Source of the DNA: Octopus vulgaris
Taxonomy: Eukaryota
Length of the DNA: 64,000 nucleotides
Direction: 5' to 3'
Assembly (NCBI GenBank): GCA_951406725.2
Contig: OX597836.1
Span: forward strand, 124,001-188,000
Of the stretch, positions 26,766 through 39,838 are shown in pieces. The notes below the pieces were generated by a model. It searched no databases, was not told the DNA's origin, and saw nothing but the letters and a program-made list of their open reading frames with translations. How positions within the stretch are numbered: the stretch's first letter is position 1; each line of letters begins with the position of its first letter. Both the position numbers and the translations under genes were made by a program.

Positions 26766-27597
26766 TTCAGAAATTCGGATTCAGAAACGCGGTTTCAACT
26801 TGATTTCACAAACTTGGATTCGTAACTCTGGATTCACAAATTCGGTTTCCGAACCTTGGACCTAAACAAATATATCTAATGTCAAAGTAACCATTTAAAC
26901 TTAAAAGTTAAATGACACAAAACGGCTGCCAAACTACATCAATAATTATAGTAAAAAAAAAATTAAATAGTCAAACAAAAACATCTAGTTTGCTTTAAAT
27001 TCACACAAAACTGCTTCATACAAGCATGCTGACTAACCATTAGACAAAATTTAGTTAGTTGTCTAATACAAAATTAAAAAAAAAAATGGGCTACATTTAA
27101 TTCATACATCGTCTGGCTATTTTCAATATTTATTTTAACAGAAAATAGCTATCAAAATTACTTCACAACCTGCCACAAGTGCAGGGTTCAAATTTCACAT
27201 AAGTATTACAACATAACATAACTTAAGAGATTTTTTTGTACTCACCTAGATGTGACACAGAAATTATTTTTTAAATGATAAGCAAAATGTTCTGGCGAAT
27301 TCCTGGAGCATAAAATAATTCCATAAATGCCAAACATAAAGCACAAAGTGTATAAACTAAACAGGTAATCACAGTTTCCAGAATCCAGTTGAACCTTGTC
27401 TCACAGATAAAAAAAAAACTGTCACGAAAAACTGGGGTACAATTATCTCTGCTTACAAAGGTTTGCTAAGATCTAACTAATTAGTTAGAGTTTCACAGTT
27501 TGGCTATTAACACCTAGCTTCCCCCATTTTGATAATAGACTTCATCCTTACCTTACAGTGCAGTATGAAAAAACGTCTCTTTACCTGTTTAACTTAA

Positions 27598-27768
27598 CAT
27601 TCTTTTCTACTCTATGCACAAGGCCCGAAATTTTGGGGGAAGGGGCCAGTCGATTAGATCGATCCCAGTACACAACTGGTACTTAATTTATTGACTCCAA
27701 AAGGATGAAAGGCAAAGTCGACCACGGCGGAATTTGAACTCAGAACGTTTCTGCCATCTCACCGCCTT
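27598..27768 (-). mobile_element. SINE family B with internal deletion
   Basis: Reverse complement of the family B sequence. Confidence 0.85.
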
Positions 27769-28058
27769 TTTACCTGTTTACCTTACGATAAAACGTTTTT
27801 ATCGTGTTGTATAATTTCCTAACATGATCTAAACGAATATGTACGCGCTATAACTGGGCATCCGTTAGGTGCCAAGTTCACAACTGAGGCTGGAGCTAGG
27901 GATCCGTAGTAGGCTTCCATGTTAGCAGATATACATTAGAGGAAAAGCATATCAAAAACCAAGGCAAGACGAGTATGTCAAGTCATAATTATTTATTATA
28001 AATGACTGGAGATACTCGACCTGCCTTGGTTTTTTGATGTCCTTTTCTTCTAATGTAT

Positions 28059-28146
<88 letters not shown>

Positions 28147-28187
28147 GTATATATATATATATGTATGTACATATATATATATATATG

Positions 28188-28269
28188 TAAGGTTAATCCA
28201 AACGGGAAAACAGAAAAAACAACAACACGTGGAACAATTACAGTATTATTATTACTAGGCGCTCAGGAA

Positions 28270-28270
<1 letters not shown>
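28188..28270 (-). mobile_element. 3' fragment of the hammerhead-bearing unit at 45103-45322
   Basis: Reverse complement ttcctgagcg..taatactg..ttgttccacgt..gttgttg..gtttggattaac matches 45241-45321. Confidence 0.75.
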
Positions 28271-28346
<76 letters not shown>

Positions 28347-28898
28347 TATATATATGCATATATATATATATCATACATATATATTGTTGTGTCTGAGGAG
28401 GATCATTCTGTTTTAATGCCTTATTAATTAACACAGGAATTCACATAAAGAATCTTGCAAGCCAAATACAAAATCGACACACACACACACACACACACAC
28501 CACATATATATCTGTACATATATATATATATAGTACGGGCCCTAAGAAATTCTGGGTTTTGTAAAAACCTGCCTCTAGGAGGTCATTGTGAGAAGCCATA
28601 TATGCAGGGAAGAGCATCGAACATTTTGGAGATCTTTTGCTCGCATTTGAGAACATGGCACTCACACTACTTAAGCCTCCACCCATATCGGCATTGGATA
28701 TCTTTCCCTGGTTTGTGTCTGAATTATATCAATAAGGTGGAAAGAATCCGTGAAGTGCTCTGCAAACTTTAATGGACCTAAAATCTTACGTTGCGCTTTC
28801 ACCAGCAAGGCGACTTTCTAGTGCCCGGACGATTTGGAGGGGGCCACGTTGAGCATGTATACGTATTTGTTTATGTGCGCACGTTTCTATGTAATCGT

Positions 28899-28930
<32 letters not shown>

Positions 28931-29769
28931 TTGCGTGTGTGTGTGCTAATGTGCGTGCGCACATATTATGTACATATCTACATCCAATTTATAATAAATG
29001 CGCTTTTCTTTAATGGACGCTTATAGCATTAGTCACATCCATTAGCATCAGACCCAGCAGTACAATTCATGAGCGCACAATCTTGTGATGTCTCCTTAAT
29101 GATTGCTTAACTTGACTAAAGGTTACATACACACTGGATTGAATCCCACTCTTTCGTTCTATGTTTAGGATTCATTTTATCAACATGAGTAAAACAAGAA
29201 CCACGCGAAGAAGCTTCTACATAATCTTTCGTCTTGCTGGGAATAGCAGTTGAATCTCTCTCAAATCCTATGCACCAATCCTTGACACACAAAAATATAT
29301 GATGGTCATAGCTGAAATGACTTTGACCACAAGTTTGCTCAATCAAGGGTGACCTGGCACTAAACGAGAACAATAACAATAGGAAAAATAGGCGCCAAGA
29401 AGGAAGCTTTTACGTGTTCAGTGACCTGCTCATAATAACAACCTTATCTTCTTTAAACCACAACCCCCTAAATGAAAGGCACACTATGTAATGTTGCCCT
29501 ACAGAAATAAAGCTAAAAATACTGAAATGGGAAGAGTCTAGTTAGCCAAATCTATATTTTGAATTATTGTCACAACCTATCCAAAGAATGGTCCAGCTCA
29601 AAAGTTATGTATTGATCAAAAGCTAATGAATATGACATACAAGATGCCTCACAGTATAACCGAACCTGGGACCTACTTATTGCCATGTAAACGTCTTAAC
29701 TATTTTACCTAAAACACATAATTTTATAAATGTCTACAGAGGTAGGATTGTTCCTGCGTGCCTGGAAAA

Positions 29770-30239
29770 TTGCAAAAAGAGAGGAGTCTCTATTCCCTGA
29801 AGAGAAGACAAGGGAGATATGCAGTGATATATATTTGGAAGATCTTGGAAGGTTTAGCTCCCAATTTTGGAATTCACAGCTACACCAATCCTCGAACTGG
29901 ACGGCACTGCATCATACCAAAGATCCCGTCTTCCCCATCTAAAATAAGGACACAGAACTGCAATAGTTTGGGTTTCAAGGCCTCGCAATTGTTCAACATC
30001 CTGCCAGGCAACCCTAGAGATCTACATGGTGTTGAAGTGGAAGTTTTCAAGGAACGTCTGGATAGGTTTCTATCTGAGATACTAGATGAATCCACATGGT
30101 GGCAGGAAACGTAAAGAAGAGCAGCTCCGTCCAACTCGCTACTTCACCAAAAACAATACCGGAAGCAACACCGAGTAACTATAGGTGGTGCACCAACATG
30201 ACCTCAGCCCTGGGCTGAAACCAGTAAAAGATAAAAGAT
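29770..30239 (+). mobile_element. CR1-clade LINE 3' end
   Basis: LYSLKRRQGRYAVIYIWKILEG..NSLGFKASQLFN, related to 11413-12075; tail (taaaaga)n. Confidence 0.92.
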
Positions 30240-31279
30240 ATACACAAACACTACTGAGATACTCTCATACTGGAAATATTCTGATAAAAACCTTAACATC
30301 GGATTCCAACACAATCCGGAAGCAGTATTAGAAATTTCGGGTGCTTCACTCATTGCAGACACTCTTGGGGAAATAAAACAAGAAAAGGAAGCAGAAAAGG
30401 TTATAAAAAAATTGAAAACTATAAAGTTCCTTAGATCGATGGTCTTCGGTTTTGAAATACTAAAGGCAGGAAGAGAACAAAAGTTCACATGCAATATTTA
30501 TAAATAAAAAAAAAACAAACCAAAAAGTTGGTCCCGTATGTTAAACTCCAATGCATAAAAATAACAATAAACAAAATCCGAAAACTCTTCCGTCAACATC
30601 GATGAAAGTATTCCATTAAATCACCTTCGAAAAGTAAAACCATAGAAGCGGATAAGGACCGAATCTGCTTGAAGCTGGCATGCTATCTACTGCAGTGGGA
30701 GTTTCTGCAGGGTCACTTGAACGGCTAGAAATAGCAACCAAATCTTTCTCAAATCGTACCTACCTTCTTAAAAATAAGCATGTTGAGTAGTGAAGTCCGG
30801 ATTTTCCTGCACTTAGGAAAATGACGGAATTGTCATAACCGGAATGCCTTAGATAATAGGTTTACTAAATAATGACTGATTTGGAACTGCACAAGCAAAA
30901 ACAAAAAACGGCCAAAACTATATCATAGACACTGGCGTTGCACTACAAGGTCAGAAAATATTTACGACCCCAACTACAAATACTTTATTAGTTGCTGGGG
31001 ATTCCTCACGTAAGACACACAGAGACGTACTGTTGCCACGACTGATATCGGTTTAGCAATTTTAGATTACTCTACCCTGCATTCCGATTACCTTCCGGTA
31101 ACTTGAAGTCGCGTTCAGATTACTGGGTAGGGACAATACGAACCCGATATCAAATTAACCATCCAAAGGTAATTTGAACTCGATTTCATCCTATCCTAAA
31201 CGGTTTGAGATTACCCTTAATTCCTTACTCAAATGTTCTCGCCCTGATGGCAAATATATTAATAATAATGATGATGATG

Positions 31280-31328
<49 letters not shown>

Positions 31329-31339
31329 CAACAACAACA

Positions 31340-33335
31340 ACAGGAGCACTAAGAGAGCACAAACCGCCAATGTTTCTTTATTTTGGCACTACGGCCACAA
31401 TACAGAGGGGACACTACAAAGACAGACACACCACTACAGTAAGGACAAAAATCATAAAACGAATGAAAATGAGATGTTAAATAAAAATGAAAAATGAAAT
31501 GGCTGCATAGGCCCCACTCCCATGGCTGCCTGGGCCCCACTCCCGAGCCCCACTCCCATTTGAACGTTTATATAAACTATTTACAATCTTTCTATTATCT
31601 TATTGTTTTTTCTTAATCCCGTTTTTTCCTGTTTTCCTCTTTTTTTTTAATGAAACAATTTTACCTTTTTCCTTCTTTCTTCAATAATACAACTTAACTT
31701 ACTTTTTTCCTTTTAATATCTCATGAAAGGTTCTAAATCTTTTAGCTCCACTACTGGTGGCAATTCATCAAACTCCACCATCACTCCTGACGGGTCAATC
31801 CCTTCTCCGCACATGCTTTTAGTCTGTTGTAGGTGTCCTTGTCGACCACGATGGCCTTCACATTCTCGGAATACACATCCGTGGACAACTTTACACTTAT
31901 AATATGTTTAAACTTTAATACTTTCTTTTCAGTTTCTTTGCTTTTTGCGTATGTCACAAAATTCCATCGAAATTTTCCTTTTCTTATTTCTTCTCTCTTT
32001 TCCTTCTCCGCTCCCGGTACCTTCTTCTTTTCTTCCACCACTCTGGACAGTCTCTCCAGTTGCGTTTATTAATGTTCTCCCTCCACTCAAACAACCGGTT
32101 TCTTTACCAATGTCTCTTCCTTATGCAACTCCTCCTTGAACACTTTTCAAGTTCCTTTTCGCTTATTTTATCCACCATCATTTCTTCTTCCTGCCTTCTG
32201 GTTTCCTCCTTTTCCATCTCTTCTTTCTTCTTTTTCTGCTGCTCTGGCGGAGGGCTCTCACTCTCCCACTTCTGTTTCTTTTTTTAAACACCGTGAACCC
32301 CTCCTCCGTTGCTTTCTCCTTTATCTCGACCTGTACCACCTGGTCCGTGCTCTCTTCCCTCTCCGTCTGCTCTATCTGTTGTTCCCTCTGGGGACACCTC
32401 ACCTTCATGTGGCCGTCTCCTTCACATGTATAACATATAGGCGGCCTGCCCTCTACCACAACTCTCAATCTTATGTCGTCGGGCAGCACTATCTCTTCGA
32501 CAATTCTGTTTAGCTCTTCCACTATTGCTTGAACGGTTAACTCTATTCCATATCCCCAGTAGTTAACTCTTTGGGTTCTTGTGGCCTTCAGTATCTTGGC
32601 CTCCTCATTCCTGTCATACATTATGGCTGTCATCAGCCATGTTTCTTTCAGCTCTGGGGCACTTTGCCAACTCGCACCTGGCTACACGTTTGCCACGATA
32701 CGATGGCAAAAGCACCCATTCTTCTAATCTTATTGCCTCCGTGGAGTGCTTAACTGCTTCTTCTTCTGATGCAAAAGCCCCTCCACAGTAGCGCACTTTC
32801 CCCCTCTTGTTATAAATGTGGTTTCTCTTTTTATTCTCTTTAGACATTCTTCAATAGCCTCTATTGTCGCTGTTTCTATTTTTCTTCTTACTATCTTCAT
32901 TCTCTTATGTATCACCGTTTTTTTCATTACGTTGGTTGTTAGTTCCACAGGCGGCATCAATTTCAGTGCATTTCCGTCTCTTTCCAGCTTCTCGCATTCC
33001 TTCATTTTTTCGAGGTTCAACTTTTATTTCTCGCACCTCCAGCGTTTCCGCGTCTATCCCTTTTCCAGTTGCAGCCGCATAACTGTGGCCGCCTGCTGGC
33101 GTTTTCTCCATTTTTCCACAATGGATAAAAACAACAATTCAAAATAACACTAGCAACAATTTGAACAATAACAATCAATCAAACAAATATTTGACTTACG
33201 TCTAACATGACCAAAAACCAACTCAAACCGCCTGTGACACAAACCGCCGCCAAGACAACACCAACATCCTCGCAACGATTGGCCGGAGATGATTTTAAAA
33301 ATGAGAAGATCTGAAATAAACTCAACGTCTCTCAC
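31340..33335 (-). mobile_element. ORF1-only Tx1/L1-like retroelement (zinc-knuckle ORF1, frameshifted)
   Basis: SYAAATGK at the N-terminus, VVVEGRPPICYTCEGDGHMKVRCP (CCHC), and a 3' UTR with AATAAA before (GTT)/(ATT)n. No ORF2 seen. Confidence 0.75.
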
Positions 33336-33344
33336 AAAAACGTG

Positions 33345-33562
33345 AATACTAAAAATGAATCCGACCGCTCCCAAAAATTAAGTAAAAATACAGGAAAAAT
33401 AATCCAGAATCCTTGTACGGTACTGGATCGATCCCAAAATCTAATCAGTTCGTGCCAGTCACGAGGCCAAATATCCCTGAAAGTTTCATCCGAATCTATT
33501 CAGCGATTCTTGAGATATCTTGTCCACGGAAAAACCTATGCCTTCGCTAAAGCAGAGGTAAT
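33345..33562 (+). mobile_element. non-autonomous DNA element fragment (Helitron/Crypton-type subterminal hairpin; class uncertain)
   Basis: ccctgaaagtttcatccgaatc..ttcttgagatatc, ending in the hairpin ccttcgctaaagcagagg before taataat. Confidence 0.4.
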
Positions 33563-33574
33563 AATGATAATTAA

Positions 33575-33985
33575 AATAATGATTTCATTTATTTGCCACA
33601 AGGGCGAAGGATGAGGGTGACTATACAGAGATTGGCATAAAGTGTGGGGGTTTACATATAATAATGAAATGATAAAACAATAATTGTATGAATAAAGTAT
33701 ACACAGTATACATAGCATATAAAGGTAAAAATAAAAGGTGGGAGGATGATAGAGATGTTGCCCTCCTGATACAGAAATGCCTCTCGGTATAATCGAAGAA
33801 CACCACTATCCGAGATCTCCTTGAAACCTTAGGAGCAAGTGCCCTCTCCCATTCCTTCTCTCCGACTCACAGGTCTACACTTAGAGTGGTACCATCCACT
33901 CTTGCCATTTTCACAACTGTCACCCACCTTTCAGTAAACTCACTCGAGGACAACACTTCCCTCTCCACTCTATTTTCCCGAACCT
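33575..33985 (-). mobile_element. Tx1/L1-like LINE 3' end
   Basis: Matches 16040-16132; ends cccttgtggcaaataaa plus att repeats. Confidence 0.75.
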
Positions 33986-34698
33986 TTACACAGCCTACTC
34001 TAAGTGTAGCCATGTATTGTGTTTGTGGAGAGCCATTCTATTTTAGTACCTTATAATCTAACAGACTCACTGGTAAAATTTTCACTCATTTACTTATTTA
34101 TTTTTCTAAAGTTTTCGTTGCGTCTTGCAAACTTTTCACTAGTTTTCAATATTTTTTAATCTATCAAAAGTTTGAAAAAGTTCAAGTGGTTGAAAGAAAT
34201 TTAACATGATACCTTGTGCATTCACTTAAGGATTCTTTCATTGCAATAGCAAATATCTTGACACTAGATTAACTTACTCTTTCTATTTTTCATAAGCTAA
34301 CAATTTTATAGTTAGCTTAGCATATTTCTGCATTGAATATATCAATGCTAATTTAAGTACTGCTTTCCTTCACTGATATCCTAAATATGAGCATTCGAAG
34401 CCCTTAAGGTATATATCTGTGTGTATGTTATTTTACTGTAATAGAGAAATAAGAAATCATTTTTTGATTTTTGCATGCTTTCACGAAGTTCTTAAAAAGT
34501 CTTGTGCCATGTGAATAGAAGCCAATCTGAAAAAAGCAAAGGAATGTCAAACAGAGAGTGCAAATGAACAAAGTATCACGTGCTAGTCAACATATCGTTA
34601 TTTGCTTTTATCGTGAAATCCCAAAGTTTGTGCTCTAGCAGGAATTTTGTGTTGTTTATACACACATACAGACACACATACACTGATAAACTAATAGA

Positions 34699-34769
<71 letters not shown>

Positions 34770-35318
34770 ATATATATATATATAATTGAGGGTGTTTAGA
34801 ACAACTACACTACTAGAAATAAGAGCTGAAGTGTTTTGTTGCTGTTTCCAATGTACATAAATTGCACACATACACGCTGGCAGGGACCGTGAATGGCCGG
34901 AAAATGGTGATCATGATATTTTTTTTCCTTTTTGGTTTACCTTTGTGGTGAAACCCTGCTGACCGGCTGCCTCATTTAATTTTATACATGTACATATATA
35001 TATGTATGTATGTATGTATGTATATATATATATATATATTTTAAACAAAGATATAAAATCCTCTTAAAGGGATGTTGACATCTAAGATCCCTGGTTTTAT
35101 CCAGTGTATCAGTGAAAAACCAAAGATGTTAGCTTCGTATTAATGGATAATGGTATATTAACATTTTTGTATGAGGAAAAAAAGAAAATGGAACAATTGA
35201 TAAATAGACATTAATTTATTAGAACATATTCAGTTTCGAACAATATCAAATCCATTACACCTACAATTGTTACCTTGGCCAACCAATTCAATTGTGAGTG
35301 AATCCGGTAGGCGTCACT

Positions 35319-35374
<56 letters not shown>

Positions 35375-35569
35375 TACACACACACACGCACACACACACA
35401 CACATACACATTCACACACATACACTCACTCACTGACACACACGCGCACACACATACACGTCTGTGCGTGTATGTTTTGTGTCTCTTTGCTTTGACAGAA
35501 CGTGATAAATGTGCGTTTACATACATAGATATATACATACATACATACATACATACCAACAATACACGT

Positions 35570-35875
35570 GCACAGTATGGGCAAAGTTAAGTTCGCTCGG
35601 CAATCACGAGGTCCCGGTTTCGATTCTCCTACGAGACATGTTCGACAATTATCGTTTTCTATAACTCGGCTCAACTCCCCATTGTCAAAGAAATTGGGTA
35701 TTCGGAAACTACGTAGAAGCCCACCGGCTACAGTGTTCACGAGATGCAAAATTACAGCCTTGTCACTCTATGTTACACTGATTCCACCTGAGAATTACAT
35801 TAAGGGTATGTTTATCTGCGGAGTACTCATCCGCTTACCTGCAAATTCAATGAAATTAGTGATGACGGAAGAAAT
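35570..35875 (+). mobile_element. old tRNA-derived SINE
   Basis: ggtcccggtttcgattc B-box-like head; tail similar to 13780-13900. Confidence 0.5.
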
Positions 35876-36037
35876 AAACATTCATAATGTGAAATTCTGC
35901 CTGAGATTCATTTGCTATAAATTTCATATCAATTTATTGTACATGCATACATACATACAATACACACAGACAGACATATAGATAGACAGGCAGACAGGCA
36001 GACAGATAGACAGATAGGTAGACAGGCAGACAGACAT

Positions 36038-36253
36038 ATTCTTTCTATTAGAACCACAAGGGCTGAAAATTTATGTGAGGGAGCCAGTCGATTATATCGA
36101 CCACCAGTGCCCAACTGGTACTTGTTTTATAGATACCGAAAGGACGAAGGGCAAAGTGGACCTCGGTGAAATTGGAAGTAAGAACATAAAGACTGGTGGA
36201 ACGCTGCCAAGCATTTTGTCCGACGCGCGAACGATTCTTCGCGCTCGCCGCTT
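36038..36253 (-). mobile_element. SINE family B
   Basis: Reverse complement of the family B sequence. Confidence 0.85.
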
Positions 36254-36664
36254 TCAGACAAACATATATACACACGTTGGTACATAGGCACCTTTCTACC
36301 TACCTGCCAACCTACGTACATACATGCATACATGCATACGTACATACATACATAAATACGTACATACATACATACATACATACATACATACATACATACA
36401 TACATACGTACATACATACATACATACATACGTACATTTGTACCAAACTAGACACATACCAACTTATTTACGCTATTACCAGCCTTACTAAATAACTACT
36501 TATTCTACCAATCATACCCTCAACATTAACCTCGTGTAAATATGCCTACCTACCAATGTACCTATCTACCAACCTAATATATACATGCATACATACATAC
36601 ACACACACGTGCATACATACATACATACATACATACATACATACATACATACATACATACATAA

Positions 36665-38050
36665 TATATTGTGCAGCGGTAAACGTGCGTCAGCAGATGG
36701 GAGTAAAAAAATGTTGATCTAAAAGATAATATTGAGCTAAAATGGATGGCCTCATTGGATAATTGGATACTTTCATCAAATTTAGAGTGATCAACGAAAT
36801 CGCGAACTGCCAGCTACGACTACATGATAGATTTTCCAAACGCTATTGAAATTACCGCTACGAAACATTCACAAGCAAATAGATTGCCCTCAAGCACGAG
36901 CTATGAGCAGGAAGTAGACAAAACGATAAACCAACACAAAACGATAAACCACACGTTTGCCCGAACTGTCTATTGCAATATGAAAGGTCATACCAAGATG
37001 ATTATAAATGCTCCTCTCCGTCGGACCTGGAGTCATTCTGTCGGGGAATCTAGGATGGAAACAAACAACATCGTAGCGGTGCTACAAAGTTATTAAATGA
37101 ACTACAAAGTTATTACTATGTAAATGCCTCTCCCAAAATAACAAGCAGTGAAACCTTGACGATCATTACAAAACTACCGAATGGAAAACCCCTTGGGAGA
37201 GACCTGATAGTAGGATACAGGTACAAAATGCTCACATTTTACATGGAAATTCTCGCGACACTGTTCACAAAACAAAACAAAAAAATAGAGGTTAAATTAG
37301 ATATGCTAGATTTGTTGCCTGTTGTATGGACTGTTACCTGGAGAAATACGTTCAAACAATCTGTGCCCTGTTTGTACATAACATTCAAGCGCACAGTGGA
37401 TTCACGAAGCCAAAAACTATCACTCCACTGCACGCTTGAATATTATGTACAAACAGGGCACAGATTGCTTGAACGTATTTCTCCAAGATCACTGCCAAAA
37501 TAATAGAGTGATAACAGATGAACAGGTAGAAAGAAAGAAAGGTTTCTGGAGTTGTGCCAAACAACTCTCCATCAAAGTTTGTCTTTAAGGAAGCTAAGCA
37601 GCATTGCTGTAATCTTCAAACAATCTACACTATGTTAGGCAACAGTAAAGCGTTCGATTTTGTCCCTTATTCATGGATACAAGAATCATTACACCTTGCT
37701 AAGTTTGCAGCTGCTATAATGCAAGCCGTTGAAAGACAAACCACTACATGGACCGCACAGTTATCATTAAGCGAAGCAACATCTACAGTCACAAACAGAA
37801 CCAGGTTGTCTACGAGAATATTCCAGTGCGACGGTTTGTCTGTAATGTTGATTTACAGGCAGTGAACCACTTGTCAGCCGTGTTAACAAAATTCCAAGTC
37901 TACTTGTTGGGGGATGCAGAAAAGAATAAAACTAATAACACCTACATGTTTTTTGTTAATGACCTAAAGCATGAACATAAGAGATACTTAGGACCTATTA
38001 CAACAGCTAAATCTCTTCAGTCATTCTATGTCGTGTTAAGATAAGGTTCA
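36665..38050 (+). mobile_element. highly decayed R4/Dong-like LINE RT
   Basis: LPNGKPLGRDLIVGY, SKAFDFVPYSWI, RIFQCDGLS, FFVNDLK. Confidence 0.75.
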
Positions 38051-38874
38051 TTGGATAATTTTAAATTTAAAAAGTAAGATGACTACGGCTTGAATGGGAC
38101 AACTCACTCAAGACTGAGCCGAGGTTAAATAACAATAGTTCTAATCTATATAACACCGTAAATATGCAATTATACCAGAATTTTTTAGAAAAAGGTCACT
38201 TATGCATTTCAAAAAGATAAGGTTGATTTCATTGGTCTGTTCCTTTAAGGCCCTTCCTAGAGCTGAACAACAATAACAGTCTTAGTAACTTTAAGTTATA
38301 CATCCACTGGACAATGCAAACATACTCCTCCAAAGTAAAAGCAATTTAACGATCACTTGTGTGTATAAAAATGAGTGTTTAAAAATTAGGGTTAATTTCA
38401 AAAGGCATTATGCAACACTTGCAAAAACTAGAGAACAATAACAACACGAACAAGAAAAATTGACAACCTATCTTGCCACAAATTTCTCTGCCGGAAATAA
38501 CAAATTAAATCATTAATAACTATTGCGTCGTGTTAACAGACGTATAATTAAAATTTTCGTGTAGTCAAGCTAATACAAATGGAAGACAAAGAAACCTTTT
38601 GTCCTTGTAAGCAAGAAAACAGTTGACAATTCGGACATTTGTCGCAGATGTATTTGACGTCGTATATTCAACGAAGAAGCTTCTAAATGGTCACTCGAAT
38701 CGCTAAAAGGAAACCCTGACACCCCTCAAAGCACACTCTAACTTCTTAAAATGTAGGAAATATAATTGGGAAAATAGTTCTGAATGAACTGTCTAAAAAT
38801 AAGACAGAATCATCATAGCTGCAATACCTTTCATCGTAGGTGTATTAAATCAGGCTGGGATATCTCTGATAAGA

Positions 38875-39140
38875 GATCCCCTTCATCCAACAATGGAGCA
38901 ACTAATCAAGAAGAGAGCTCTGACCAGAGAGTAAACGAGCCCTCACCAACCAACAAAGGAACCCTTCACTAGTCCACAAAGGATCCCTTTTATGCAACAA
39001 TAGAATCACTAGCTAATTAAAAGAGCCCCACACAAACCAAAATGAGAACCCCTTACAAACAAACAAGAGAGTTCGTCACTAGTTAATAAAAGAAACCCTT
39101 CCATTCGACAAAGATGTCTCTCCACCCAACAATGCACCCT
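38875..39140 (-). mobile_element. Tx1-like ORF2 C-terminal relic
   Basis: WVERHLCRMEGFLL resembles VYIEHLLSRVGRIRL of the 15590 element. Confidence 0.4.
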
Positions 39141-39194
39141 CTTCTGAAATGTGTTATTCGGAAAATCCACTTCATGATAACGCCTCATTAGGGA

Positions 39195-39780
39195 AGCTAC
39201 GAAGATGTGGTCAGCAGGAAGAGACACAGCAGGCGCTCTGACAGCATTCATACTCCAGAAATTATCCAACAACTCCAGGAACAGAGCTCTGCGCTCAATT
39301 CGGACGGCTTTGTGGTGCTTCTGGAGACTGGGGTCAAATCCTGGCTGGAAAGGGCTGCTGCTGGAAGGCCATATATCAAGGAAGTAGGATTCGGCTACTT
39401 ACAATACCTCTGTCAGAGGTGGTTGACGGAGATTTTCTACGACTTCACTAGCTCCAATTCCTGGCCTCCTAGTTCCACCGATTGTAATTCCATGGGTTAC
39501 TATGTGTGGGGCACAATAGTGTGGGGCAACACCAAAGCCGAGCTGATGGCCAAGATCAAGGTGTTCGAAGATCTTCCAAGGGACGCAGCGAAGAACGCAT
39601 GCACCAGGTTCCAGAGTTGTTTTGAGGTTTTGGTGAAAGCTGAGGGTAGCTACATTGAGTAAACCGTTACGTCCCAGCAATAATCCAGTTGATATTTTCT
39701 GATTGTTTAAAACATAATTTTGGATGCGATAGTTTTCTTTTACTTTTATGCAAACTGTCAAATTTAGCACTAACACCCTG
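39195..39780 (+). mobile_element. Tc1/mariner (DD37D/maT-like) transposon, 3' part, deleted
   Basis: VKSWLER..GRPY, WPPSSTDCNSMGYYVWG, ACTRFQS..EGSYIE; terminus acaccctg followed by TA. Confidence 0.8.
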
Positions 39781-39788
39781 TATATATT

Positions 39789-39838
<50 letters not shown>

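Noticed and set aside
26505-27404. Possible solo LTR (tgttacg..tctcaca)
   Set aside because: No target-site duplication and several alternative ends.
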